From positions 38,194,001 through 38,258,000 of the forward strand of contig NC_087437.1 of the NCBI RefSeq assembly GCF_036321535.1: a DNA stretch of 64,000 bases. Direction: 5' to 3'. The translations under genes and the position numbers were made by a program. Of this stretch, positions 1 through 11,889 are shown in pieces. Each line of letters opens with the position of its first letter. Position 1 is the first letter of the stretch. The DNA comes from Camelus dromedarius (taxonomy: Eukaryota). Under the pieces are notes generated by a model that was not told the DNA's origin, did not search any database, and saw only the letters and a program-made list of their open reading frames with translations.

Positions 1-189
1 GATTGCCAGGTATCTTTCTATTTTACATCCATTCAAAAAAGAAACAATCAAACAAACAAATATTATCTGTTAGATGGCAATTACAACTTTAACCACAATG
101 AAGACATCCATGAGCAAATTTACCAAGAGTCTCTGCCATACAGCTCTTACGTTTTAGTTGTAAGAATCACACCCTAAAAATTTAACATA

Positions 190-282
190 CTTCACTTAGT
201 ATGAGAATCTTTAGGTCCATCCATGTTGCTGCAAATGGCAGAAACTAACACAACATTGTAAATCAACTATATTTTAATAAAA
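190..282 (+). mobile_element. Very short 5'-inverted L1 insertion
   Basis: 190-240 is antisense L1 3' sequence (cttcacttagtatg...gcaaatggca; same motif at ~36320-36371). It is fused through shared 'cagaa' to the sense L1 terminus (gaaactaacacaacattgtaaatcaactatattttaataaaa). 'ttaacata' flanks both sides as a possible TSD. Confidence 0.7.
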
Positions 283-329
283 GATAATTAACATAATAGT
301 CAGTAAACGATGCATTTTGTTAGTAGGCT

Positions 330-494
330 AAGTCCTGAAAATAATAAATTGAACAGATCATGGTGAAGGGAATTGGGAGTGTAGGGGATGAAGTCTGCTT
401 GAAATTTCAAAGAGGGTGGTACTATACCTCATAGAACAGACAACATCTGAGTAAAGCCTTCAAAAAAGTGCAGCTTTTATTTGTTCCAGTCAAA

Positions 495-536
<42 letters not shown>

Positions 537-620
537 AATAACTAGTGCATGGCTGATATGTCTGAGAATTGGCAAAGAGGACAGAGTGAAGTAAAATGAA
601 GGGAGAGATGCATGACATGC
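330..620 (-). mobile_element. L2 LINE fragment
   Basis: gagggtggt...cctcatagaacagacaacatctgagtaaagcctt resembles antisense L2; highly diverged. Confidence 0.4.
491..538. repeat. (CAAAA)n simple repeat
   Basis: Directly visible. Confidence 0.95.
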
Positions 621-914
621 TTGGTCCTATAACTCATCTTTTTAAAAAAACAATACTTGCTGTTTTTATGTTATTACAATCGTTATTAATGCAGTATTAT
701 TTTTCGTTTTCTACTCTAAGACAGGTTTTGTTCATTACCCTCTTCGCTCTGGTGAACTGAGATCGATTTATTCAATTTAAAAATTCTAGAATTATTAAGA
801 GTCCATCTTACCATGGGTGTATTCTGCATTCCATCTTGTGGCATATATACTCATTTTTAAAAGTAAAAATTTGCTGAAACAAATTAGATGCAAATTTAAA
901 GTGGTATGCTTGGT

Positions 915-2010
915 TGTAATTTCAAAAGCACACCTGTATGAATGACCCTCTAACTCCTCATCCTACTCACACTGAGAGACCACCTGGGTTGAGATTTGGA
1001 GATTTGCAAGCATCCTTGGGGCTTGTGGTGTGTGCTGTGAGTGAGTGGGCAGGGAGCAGTGATGGTGGTGGTATTTTCCAACCCCAAATGAACAAAAAGA
1101 GGCTCTAAGGAGACCACGTGGAGTGCATAACTTGTGTTTCTCTACACTTGAGGAGACACCTTGAGCTGCTGTCTGATTTACAAATATGAAAGGGCGAGGG
1201 ACTGATGAAGTGGTTTATTGGAGCAGAATAAAGGTGGATCTCTGGTAGTTTACGTCTCCACAGTTTGCCAGGGAAAGTACGTCAGTGTATCTCTTTGGGG
1301 GCCCATGAATCAGCTCAAGACTGGTGGCCAGAAAGTCGTTACTTTAGGTTTTGCCCAAGCAAGGGCAATAGAGCTCTGCAAAGAGAATCTGAAACGATTC
1401 CTGGGGGCTGAGACCTGAAGGAATATCCAGCGGGAATTTGTTGCACTGGAAACTGCAAGTGTGAGATCCCCAGAAGGAGACATTTTTCTCAAGACAACAC
1501 AACCAGTTAGTCATCTGCTAAATCTGAGATTGTGTGCATCACGGTGAGATTTCTTAAGTGAGATTTTTCCTGATCCTCTTCCTTTGCACCTTTTATCCCT
1601 GGGTCCAATCTCAACATTGTCAAATACCATGGTTACTTTTCTGGGGGAGAAGAAGCAGCGTTATGTAGGAGAAAGAAAGAGAGCAACTTGGTCATAACCC
1701 TACTTTCTTGAGAATGGTTTATATGAATGAGGAAAAAGTTTCAACTTTAGATCATATTGGGTTGTTTGATTTTTACCTGGTATTAGACATTTTAAGTTCT
1801 TGGATTAGAAATATATTTTATGATCTTAAGTGCTTGTACTACTTTTAATTACCTAAAAGTAATCATAAAATTTAAGGACACCTGTCCAACTTTCCATACC
1901 AGAGCAGGAAAAAAACAAACACACCCTTCAATACAAATCCAAAGAGACAGTGGGAGAAAATGAGTTACCATTGTAATCAATGCTTTGAGCGTTTTCAATG
2001 AACCAGAACC
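915..2010 (+). mobile_element. Ancient long eutherian LTR (MamGypLTR/LTR78-like; family uncertain)
   Basis: The 3' part, 1735-2010 (acttttaattacctaaaagt...aaagagacagtgggagaaaa), resembles my recollection of old LTR consensus ends. The 5' boundary is a guess. Confidence 0.35.
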
Positions 2011-2529
2011 ACCCCCCCAACAGAAACTATTTTTGTTGTTGTTATTGACAGTATGAAGGATGAAAGAGTAATCCACTGACTCTGTCTGTAAAACATGAAT
2101 ACTAAAATTCTTCAGATAGTCCCCATATGGATTTTTAAAAATCCCCAACTGGTTTTTCAAAATAAAATGTGAGATATTTAGGTGCTGGTAAATATTAACT
2201 TTGTTTTTATAATCTATCTTCTGTTTCAAAAATGATTTATAATTGATTACTTTTTATTTTTAGAATATATTATCAGCTTACTATAGTAGTTGTGTAGTTA
2301 CTTACTACATTTAGCTGGCTTTATTGCCAAAACTAAGCTTTTTTACATTCTTTTCCTCTTTCTTCAGTTTGCATTTTGATTCATTTTTCATTCAAAGAGA
2401 GATTATATTTATGTTAATTTATTCAGGCAGGTAGCTGAATGATAGAGTTACTAAAGTCTTGATTTAATGACTTTAATCAATGAATAATTTGTAAGCACCT
2501 ACTATGAGTCAGGGAAATCTATTTGCTTA

Positions 2530-3300
2530 GTGCATGACAGGTGTTTTGGCTGAGTAGAGAATTCTTGAATTTTGATTCTTCTTTGTGTAACTCCTCACCT
2601 ACCACATCATCAAAGCTCTTTAGTTGTAGCTGCATTATAAATGGCCTTTAATGTCTCCAGTCTGTTTTGCATTTCCTGTGTTTTTCACTCATCTCTATTC
2701 TGCATAGTTTGGATGCTTATACAATTTTTGAGTATTTGAAATAAAAATATTTCAATGAAATTACACTTTGTATTAACATCTTTTGCTTTTGCTCATAGAT
2801 TTATGTTAGTGTTCAGTTTAAAAGAGGTTTTATTATCAATCTGAGCAATAAATAACTTGAATTTCCTGTTTATAGATTGGAATTTTCTTCACCTGTTGAA
2901 GGATTTATATTCTCTTGTAATTATCTTTTTTCAGTAATTTGTCAGTTGTCATTAATTTATTTTTCTGTAATTTCCAATAAGTTGATACTTACCGACCAAA
3001 ATCATGTTCATCAAACTTTTAAAAAAATTCCTTCCATCTTTTCAAACTGTTTTCTCTTTATGACCAGTTGCTCTAGCTTTTTAGCCAAGATGTATTTCCT
3101 TGAATCTGGAGGATGAAATAAAAAAATGTTCTAAAGTTTCGTTCTGTTTATGGCAACCAAAATGTTGCTTATAAACATCATAGCAACATCTCCTTTGGTT
3201 AAGAATAGAAGACACTGGCATTTGACCTATGATGTCTTTATATAACTTTGATAGTTTTCATTTCTGTACTCTTTTAGGTAAAAGTCCTAACAATAATTAT
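2530..3300 (-). mobile_element. Old L1M-type fragment, antisense
   Basis: T-rich strand with the antisense old-L1 motif ttggctgagtagagaattctt. Confidence 0.4.
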
Positions 3301-3997
3301 CTCCTTGTAGTAACTCCTTACTCTGAAAAAGGACCATGTTTGTGACAGCCAAACGTCAAAGGGCTTTTGATTTGTTGTGGATATCAAATCTAAGAAGAAT
3401 TCTTACTGCCCAAATATTCTGCCTCCTAAGGCTGCCTTTAATCATTCATTGATGTCTTAGATCATGTAAGGAGTATAGCTATAGGCTAGGAAATAGTGTT
3501 TAGCAGGAGCTGTGCTCTCCCTTACAGAGTTAAGGACGTGCCCACGTACTGCCCTCACGCTTTGTTGAATTTGATAAGCCTATCCAGTAGATGGCAGTGT
3601 TATCCCAGCTTGATGGATGTTCAATAGATTATTTTGGTCATAGCACTTGGGGAGAGGAATTGTTCCATTGTAAAGAAATATGATATCATCTATGCAGAGA
3701 TTCAATAACGTGTCTAGACTAGATCAAGTAATTGTGTGTAGAAATGATAAAATAGCATATAAATTAAGAAAATCAAAATATTTTTCAAAAAAATCCATGT
3801 TTTGAATAAATAAGTTTGAATTAATTTATAATTTATAAATATAGTCGATAACTATATATGATTTATTAAAAACATGGGCTTTTTAAATATTTAATGATTT
3901 TTCAATATGTATTAGACTAATTTATATAAATACATATGTATGTAATATAATTTACTTTAAAATGCTTTTAGCTTTCTTGAATAGACATCAACCAACA

Positions 3998-4019
3998 TTA
4001 TGGATCTATAGATCCATAA
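3998..4019. repeat. Perfect 22-bp palindrome
   Basis: ttatggatcta|tagatccataa is its own reverse complement. Confidence 0.95.
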
Positions 4020-4579
4020 ATATGCTTCTAAAAGATTTTTCTGTCAATTTTATAGTATAAAATAAATCATATTCATTTAACTCATTGAATTCATGAACTA
4101 GATTTTAATTGAAATAATTACAATAAGGAAAACAAATAAGTTAACAGTTTCTAATCCCTATTCAGAATTGAGAAACTTTATATAAGATCTTGAAGAGTGT
4201 CATGAAAAATGGTGGAACATTGACAGACAAAGACAGTGTCACACTGGCAGGATCTGAGAATTAGCTAAGGAAATGTAGTTGTCAGGATTTAGCAGGCCCG
4301 TGGGCACTTCAGTATATGTTGTCATGGCTGCTAAATGTGTTCACTATTTGCCTGTAAATATGTTTACCTTGTGTGATGTTTGTGTTTCCTTAACGGCTTT
4401 TGTCGATGATACATTTTAATTGTGTAATAAATAACATTATTAATTCATTTCAAATTTATTTTCTTTATAGTGTATGGAAGGGATCAGAACAAGTTATTTT
4501 GTTTGTTTTTTCTTGTATAAATGAATTACTTTTCTAGCACTATTTATTGAGTATAAATTTTGGAGTGAAATCCTGTTTT

Positions 4580-5180
4580 CGGTTTTGGTGCGTCTCAGCC
4601 GCTGACGCTCCCCCACTCCAGGGGGGTCCAGCTGAGATCCCGGTGTGTCCACTGAGCCCCTCCCTTTTGCACATTCTGAACTCTGATCCTTGTCTACCCA
4701 GCATGGCAAGACTGCAGGACATCTCATGTAATTCTTGTGAGGTTGTTAAACATTTCTGCTTCTGCCCAGGCGTTTTCAGAGCTTAATAAATGTCTTTTTG
4801 AAAGCAAGCCTGTATGAGGCTCAGTTTTTCATCTCACTCTTCTTACTGAGCTCATGTTCATCAGTCTCTAATTCTGTCTCCCTAATTCTTTTGGAGGCCA
4901 CCAAAAGAGCTCAGTGGCTTTCTTCTCCTTGAGCAGCCTCCCTCTGCCCACAAAGGGCCCGTATTCTCAGCCTCGGTCCTGCATGCAGGATGGGAAAGTG
5001 CCTGCAGAACCTCAACTCACCTCCCCAGGCTGGCCTGGCCCTTTGCCCTTGGCCTCTCCAGTCCTGGTTTCTCCAGAGGCTCTCTTATGTCCTTAAATGT
5101 AGTCTAAACGTTTTCCTAATTGTTTTCAGGATGGTTTGATTGCTTCAAGCTACTCCATTATAACCAGAAGCAAAAGTATA
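4580..5180 (-). mobile_element. Old L1ME/HAL1 5'-end region, antisense
   Basis: GC-richer block ending in aagctactccattataaccagaagcaaaagt, similar to antisense 5' termini of ancient L1ME. Confidence 0.4.
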
Positions 5181-5829
5181 ATATGGCTGTTTTTATATTT
5201 GAATTTGTTTAATTTATTTTTTTATTTGTGTGTGTTTTGTATTTACTATGCTTTATCTTTTGTTTATATGGAAAAAGCCTTCTTTTTTACTCTTTTCTTC
5301 TAGTTGTATTTTAAAGTTCTTATTACCTTCCCCCTATCTTAAAAGATATGTATTTAAAGATATACTTTCAATAATTTCCTTTAATGCTGTATCATGCGTC
5401 ATTGCATTCGAAAGTTCTGAAGTTAGTAAATAAAAACTGCTAAATAATATAGGAGGCTGATTGCTTTAACATCGAGTACCTCCTCTCCAGTTACATGCTA
5501 TTGTTCTGGTTATTTTATTTTAACAGGTTTTTGAAATCCCCAAAAAGACCTTATTATGAATTTGAATGTTTTTAATTTCTAAAAAATACTTGCTAACACA
5601 TTTGGTATTTTTAAAAAATTAAATGCTTCTTTCATCTTCTCTCCCTCAGGTTTCCAATTTCTTCTTTCAGAGATGCAACTTTTATTTGAGTTTTAATGAC
5701 TAGCGGTGAATCCCGTATTTTCAATTTTGCTAACGTGAAAATGTTTGCACTTGCGTCACTCTTGACTTATTCAGTAGGACACAGAACTGCTTCTGGTCAG
5801 TTCATTATTTGAGTGCTTAATAATTAATA

Positions 5830-5975
5830 ATTGTTTTGTAACTATGTATGGTGACAGATATCAGCTAGCTTTATTGTGGTGATAATTTTGCAATACATAA
5901 ACAAATATCGAATAATTACTTTGCATAGCTTAAACTAATATAATGCTATTAGTCAACCATATCTGAATTTAAAGA
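5830..5975 (+). mobile_element. L1 3' terminus (laurasiatherian L1MA-like)
   Basis: tgtaactatgtatggtgacagat...ttgtggtgataattttgcaata...aaactaatataatgctat is the L1 3'UTR end. Confidence 0.75.
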
Positions 5976-6539
5976 ATAATAGTAATTAAAAAGTGTAAGA
6001 GTTTTTGGCAAGACTTATTTTCACTATATCCCCTTGTTGGTTTGGATACAGGAACATCACTATCAATGATTTTTTTTATCTTCTTTATTTGGATTTCCTC
6101 ATTATATTACATAACTAAGACAACTTTGAAGTTTCTAGACCATGAGGCAGTGGAAATTCAAACCAAATCTCAAATAAAGTACAGGTTTTGATTACATTTA
6201 CTTCTGAGAATTCTTTTCTACCTGGAGCCCACACAGAGGTGAACAATGATTTTAAATTGTCTCTTTAGAATAATAAAAAATATTTTGCTTATTTTAATGT
6301 TTCATTCTGGGTACAGGCTTTGGGGTTTTCAGTTTTAAGTAGGATCCCAGTTGAAATCTCTGCCTCACAAGAGCCCAGGGATTTGACCTATGGCCCTCAC
6401 GTAGTTAAAACTGAAGTTGTGGATTACCTGGATGATAACCACCATCATAGGGACCCACAGCTCAAACCTGTCTATGTAGTATCTATGTGTCTTTGTGTCT
6501 ATAGAGAGAAAGATATCATGAAATGTAAGGACTTGAAAT

Positions 6540-6700
6540 GACCCTCAGTCCCTAGAAATTATGGAGTCCAACTCATCACTGTGGGACAGAATTCCTCTTG
6601 TAATACTTCTCACAGATGGTCATCCATCTGCTTCTGTGAGGCAGCACATGATCCTTATTCACTGCTCATTTCGTTCCCCTATTGCTCTAGTTGCTGAGAT
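6540..6700 (-). mobile_element. L3/CR1 fragment
   Basis: ggagtccaactc...acagatggtcatccatctgctt matches the antisense CR1 3' end. Confidence 0.45.
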
Positions 6701-7000
6701 AATAAATGAAATTCATGGATTTTTATTATCATTATCTTTATTTTGTCTTTGTTTCTGCAATCAATATCTTCAGGAAAATGCTGTAGTGAGTTGGAACTAT
6801 AAATGGATATGGCTAAAAATGCACTCCTGAGGACAACAAGGATTCACTGGAGAGTTTTTGGATAGAACAAGCCAACTTCAATAGGTCACTTTACTTTCCT
6901 ATAAGTGGAAAAGAAGAAATCTTTGAGTTAGTAGCTAAGTATAAGTTTATTTTTACTTGCAGTGTGATATTTAGGTGAGAAGTAAAATATCCTAGCATAT

Positions 7001-7210
7001 GATGGTGTACTGATTAAGAACGCAAGCTTTGGAGTCAGCCCATATCAAGTAGAGTGTGACTGTGCACTGACTAGCTTTCCCTGTAGATATTGGGATGGTT
7101 TCTCATACATCTTACATAACTCGTAAAATGAGGTGAGTGAGATCTTCATTATGAAGTCTTGAGGAAATTAAATAAAATAGTACATATAAAGGATTTAGCA
7201 CAATGACCAG
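7001..7210 (+). mobile_element. MIR SINE
   Basis: ttaagaacgcaagctttggagtcag...gtaaaatgagg...aaggatttagcacaatg. Confidence 0.6.
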
Positions 7211-7431
7211 CTGTTTGAGTGTTGATGCTGAGGAGATTCATATCGAAAGATATTTAGGAGATATAAAGACTACTTAATTTTCATATGATAGTGGCTTACA
7301 GAAGAAAATTTGATTGGCAGAGGGTGTATCACTTAAGACGTAGCATAAGACAGTCACTTAGGACACAGATTAAGACAATGGCAAACGTATTATGGATTCA
7401 GTGTAGCAGCACCCATGCAGGTACTAAATTC

Positions 7432-7567
7432 TGTTAGTTATGTTACAAGCTCAGTTGCTGTAACAAAGATCCAAAAGCAGCAGTGGCTTAAATGAGTCTG
7501 TCTATCAAGTAACAGTTTCATCATGAGCAGTCCAGGGCTGTTACTGTGGTTGTATCAAGGACAAAGG

Positions 7568-7607
<40 letters not shown>

Positions 7608-7950
7608 TTTGTATATTGTTGATCTGCCATTTTTTACATATGGCTTTAATATCTTTGCATAAAATACATGTTCTATTTCCCACCATACCTTTCATCCAGG
7701 AAGTAAGAGTGAGAAAAAAATTAATGGAGATCATAATCCCTTTCCTTAAATCTGAGTCAGGAAGGTGACCGTGTCACTCACATTCCATTAGCCAGAACAT
7801 AATTATATAGACACCCTTACCTGCAAAGGACATTGCAAAATGCAGTATTTATCTCGGCTACTATGAAATCAGTTAAACTCACAGAAACTCTCTTATTTGA
7901 AAGAAAAGGGGGGAAATGGGCATTGGAGGGGAACTTGCAATTTCTTCCAT
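7432..7950 (-). mobile_element. Old MaLR LTR (MLT1J/K-like)
   Basis: gttgctgtaacaaag...cagtggcttaaa and ctcacattccattagccagaacata...cctgcaaagg are antisense MLT1 hallmarks. Confidence 0.6.
7571..7606. repeat. (TG)18 microsatellite
   Basis: Directly visible. Confidence 0.97.
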
Positions 7951-8679
7951 GGTTTACCAGTTTGGCCACCCAAACATATTTTTTTCTCACTCCCTCACTC
8001 TCCCTGACGCCCTTACTCTCCAAATGAGACATGACAGTAACATGGCCTAATGAGTTAATTTTTGTTACTCAAAGCTAGGATCTTTGGCTTACAAGGAATT
8101 CTCTACATAAAAGATGAATTCTCTGCCTCCTGCCAAACCAGATACAAACTGGTAGACTACAAACAGATGCCCACAATTAAGACTGTCCTCTAAAAAGGAG
8201 GTAATGGGAAACATAAATGAATCATTAGTCCATGATAATGATAAGGATTGAATTACAGAAATTACGGAAATTTCTTGCCCTAAACATTGAAAATAAGTTA
8301 GCCAGTGTGACACTTGGGTCTTGTCCCTGTCCATTGCTCTCTGTGGTCCCTGGCTTTGACCTCTGAAGGATGTTTCTTGCCCATTATCTTTTCTAGAGGA
8401 ATTTAATGTGGGCATTTATGGTTCTCGGGGATGCACAATATTGCAACCCATCTTTTCCTGCAGGCAAATTTGGGGTTCAGAGATCCTTTAAGGGTCAAAC
8501 ATTGGTAATAAGTTAGCCCCTAAATGAGATGACTGTTGGTTTATTGGCAGACAGGAAGTTCCAAATGCAAATAAGGGGGTTGAGTGAGGCAGCTCTCTTC
8601 AGCTGAACCCCCTACTAAAGCAGGCTGACAGCTCAGGGTTACCTGTTGATAACAATCCCAGCAGCTGGCATAATAAGTG

Positions 8680-8810
8680 TTAGACACTATTCTTATCTCA
8701 ACTTTACAGATGAAAAAACTTAGGGACAAAAATGTTGAGTAACTCACCCTGTTTAAAACATGGTAAGTATATTGGATCCAGAATACAAACCGAGGAGTCT
8801 GGTTCTCTAC
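8680..8810 (-). mobile_element. MIR SINE
   Basis: actttacagatgaaaaaacttaggg...atacaaaccgaggagtctgg is the antisense MIR core. Confidence 0.65.
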
Positions 8811-9250
8811 TTCAGAACATACACAAAATCAATCCCTGATGGATTAGAGGTATAAATACAAAAAGTAAAACAATAATGTTTTCAAATAAAATATAAACAA
8901 TATACTCGAGGTATTCCAATATTTTAAAAAATATGATGCTAAAGCAATAGTCATAAAGGAGATACTTGATAATTTGGGCTGTCATCAAAAAGAAACATCA
9001 AATGAATAAAAAGACAAGTCACGGACATAATATTTAAAATACATAGCTTAGCAAAGTCCTTGCATCCAGAATACTAACAAAACTGCTAAGGAATATACAG
9101 AAAAATCTGTTTTTTAAAAGCTGACAAAAGATTTGAACAGGTTCGCCATAAAAAAGAAAATCCAAATGGTCTATAAACATCTTCAAAGGGCTCCACTTCC
9201 ACAGTCACCAGTTAAATGCAAAGTAAAACTGTGCTGAAATGCCACAGTGA
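8810..9250 (+). mobile_element. Old L1 ORF2 3' fragment
   Basis: catacacaaaatcaatcc...aaaagatttgaacagg...atccaaatggtctataaacat...aatgcaaagtaaaac. Confidence 0.7.
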
Positions 9251-9489
9251 GCACAGTTAGGGGCCACATTTTGACGGGTTGCTTACTTTTATTTTTTTAG
9301 AAAACACCGCCTTCCTTCGGTTACTGTGCTCTGTGCTCTTCACATTATTCTTCCTTTTGGCTGAGTAAGCCATTTGATAAAGTAGGCTTTGATGGACGGA
9401 AAGGTAATCATCTTAATCTCATTTTTACCATTTAGTTGGCTCCCAATGTCCAAACAAGAATATGGAGGGAACTTCTTAAATAATGGGAG

Positions 9490-9712
9490 AATGTAGAAAT
9501 GTCATTCTTTGAAGCAACACACCAAAAGCTGTGTGTAACAATTTGTCATCACAATCTATTGGTCAAAACATAATCACATGACACACCTAGAGGTAAAGGC
9601 AAATGAGAATGTATTCTGTGTCTGTGGAGTGACATGCCAAGATGATATGTAGACTGCTATTAATAAAGAAGGGGGGAACTGATACTGAAAAATAATTAGC
9701 AATCTCTGACAC
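9490..9712 (-). mobile_element. MaLR LTR fragment (MLT1-like)
   Basis: tcacaatctattggtcaaaacataatcacatgacacacctag. Confidence 0.45.
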
Positions 9713-9946
9713 TGAAGGTTGAGCACGTGTTTTGAAGCACAGTGCTTTTTATATTAATTAAACGTTTATTGGTTAATTCTTTCAATTAAAAGACAACATA
9801 TGTTGATATGCTATTCACAAAAATGATATTTAAAATATAAGGATGAAGAAAGGTTGAAAGTCAACAAATGATGAATATGAAAAAATTGCTAGCTATGTTA
9901 CTAGACATCAGTATTAAAGACAAAAAAAGTATCTAGGAACCAAAGG

Positions 9947-10478
9947 TGAGTGCAGTGCCCACGCAGATCGTACGCCAGACCTGCTGGAGCTGTTCTTATT
10001 AGGGGAAAAGTCACAAGAACAGCATAGGTGGCAAGTACATGGACTCTCTGTTGCCCAATTAGGAGCAGAGTAGAGCAACCTTGTAGGACTACCTGTTACA
10101 CCCCAGGAGATGAAACCTGATCACTGAGTTTTTAAAGTTTAGAATTAGAGGATCACAAGCACCTCCCTGGGTGGAATCAGGGCCTGAGATACAATAGCAA
10201 GAAAACATATTGTAAACTTAGCTGCAGTCTTGTCTGACCAGCTCACGTTTACTGTGGGGGAGCATCAGCCCCTCTCCTGAGATAATCAGGGGGCTGAGTC
10301 CAGGTTTCCCAGTTGCAACTGCACACTAAACGAGATGGGCTTGTTTGTTTTTCATGGAGGCTTGTAATTTCTACCCTGGAATGAGAGAAGGCTCTGGCGA
10401 CACTCTTGTAATTGATCTAAACTGATTTTCATAAACTCTAGACCACAGCCAGTTTTATGAAGCCTAACCAGGGGCTCA
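9947..10478 (-). mobile_element. Putative solo LTR inserted in L1ME
   Basis: 532-bp GC-richer block in A-rich L1. Minus strand reads TGAG...CTCA with taataag near its 3' end. No clean TSD. Confidence 0.45.
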
Positions 10479-10912
10479 CTATTTTTCTGGTAATCCAGGC
10501 AAAAATACACATGGGCAAAGAAGAAATTATATTGGATATTAGACAAGTTTTCTTATGAATCTTATGGTTAGTGGTACATATCTTAAATTGTGGTTTATAC
10601 CTAAAAATTATCAGACAGAAATATGTACCCTCAAAGGCAAATGTTAAAAAGATGGTAAAAATGAATGAGTTTAACATCTAGCCAATGAAGATGTATTTTA
10701 AAATGCAGCGTAATAAACTTGAAAAGAGGAGTAGGAAGGAAGGAACAAAATATGAATAGAAATTAGTGCAGTAAGAAAAGGTCAAATAATAAAGGAGATC
10801 AACAAGACACAAAGAGCTCAGAAAATGCTAATAACCTTGATAAGCCCCTCTAGAGAATGCTAGCAAAAAAAGAAAAAACACAGAGTAACCAAATTGAAGA
10901 TTAGGTATGTAT

Positions 10913-10917
<5 letters not shown>

Positions 10918-10943
<26 letters not shown>
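10918..10943. repeat. (TA)13 microsatellite
   Basis: Directly visible. Confidence 0.95.
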
Positions 10944-11574
10944 CACTAGAAAAATGTCTTGTCAAACTTACCAAATTATATCACAGCAATAAAATTTCCC
11001 CTCACATATAAAATTACAGTAACATATGGCTTCACAAATTAATTAAACCAGACATTCAAGAAAAACTTTGACACAAATTCTTAAATAAAAATCTAATGAG
11101 AGAACACGTCTCAGCACATTTGATGGGGCTGGAAAAATTTTGATACTAACATCTTGGACAGCCTGAGAAAGGAAAATAATAGCCCTTCTTGCTCATGAGC
11201 AAAGGTACAAAACTTTGAAATAAACATCAAATCAATCCCAAGAATATATAAAGGCGATTACATATCATTAAGTAATAGTAATCTCCGGGAGTCAAGATTA
11301 GGTCATATTAAAAAAAATCAATTGATGCAAACCACTGCATTGATAGATCAAAGGAGGAAGAAATGTATATTTAATTTCATAGATGCAAAAAATATGTGTA
11401 ATAAAAGTCATCCTTTTTCTCTAGATGGAGGAAGATACTGGAAAATCAATAGGACAACTGGGCAGGCTCCACTGTCTGCTCGTTCTCGTAAGACAATAGT
11501 AAGGTCACTTACACACCTATTAATTCATACTTACTTGGCAATTAAAATACTGGGTATTTTTCTTGGGGCTTTCT

Positions 11575-11889
11575 TGTTTGTTTGTTCATTTGTTATTTAT
11601 TGAAGTCTAATTGACATATAACATTATATTAACTTCAAGTATACAACATAATGATTCGATAATTGTGCACGCAGTGGAATGGTCACCACAATAAGTCTAG
11701 TTAACATCCATCACCGTACAAAGTTACAAATATTGTTTTCCTGTGCTGAGTACTATCAAATTGTACTCTCAACAACTTTCAAATATGCAATGCAGTATTA
11801 TTAACTAGAGTCACCACACTGTAGATTACATCCCCCAGGCTTATTTATTTTATAACTGGAAGTTTGTATAAAAGGTACAAACTGCCAGT
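11575..11889 (-). mobile_element. Younger L1 3' end with short 5' inversion, nested in L1ME
   Basis: tttattgaagtctaattgacatataacattatatt...caccacaataagtctagttaacatcc...ataactggaagtttgta is antisense L1 3'UTR, followed by sense aaaaggtacaaactgccagt. Confidence 0.85.

Noticed and set aside
7329..7378. Diverged 25-bp tandem duplication (a 19-bp one also occurs at 47729-47766)
   Set aside because: Ordinary slippage products with no sign of function.
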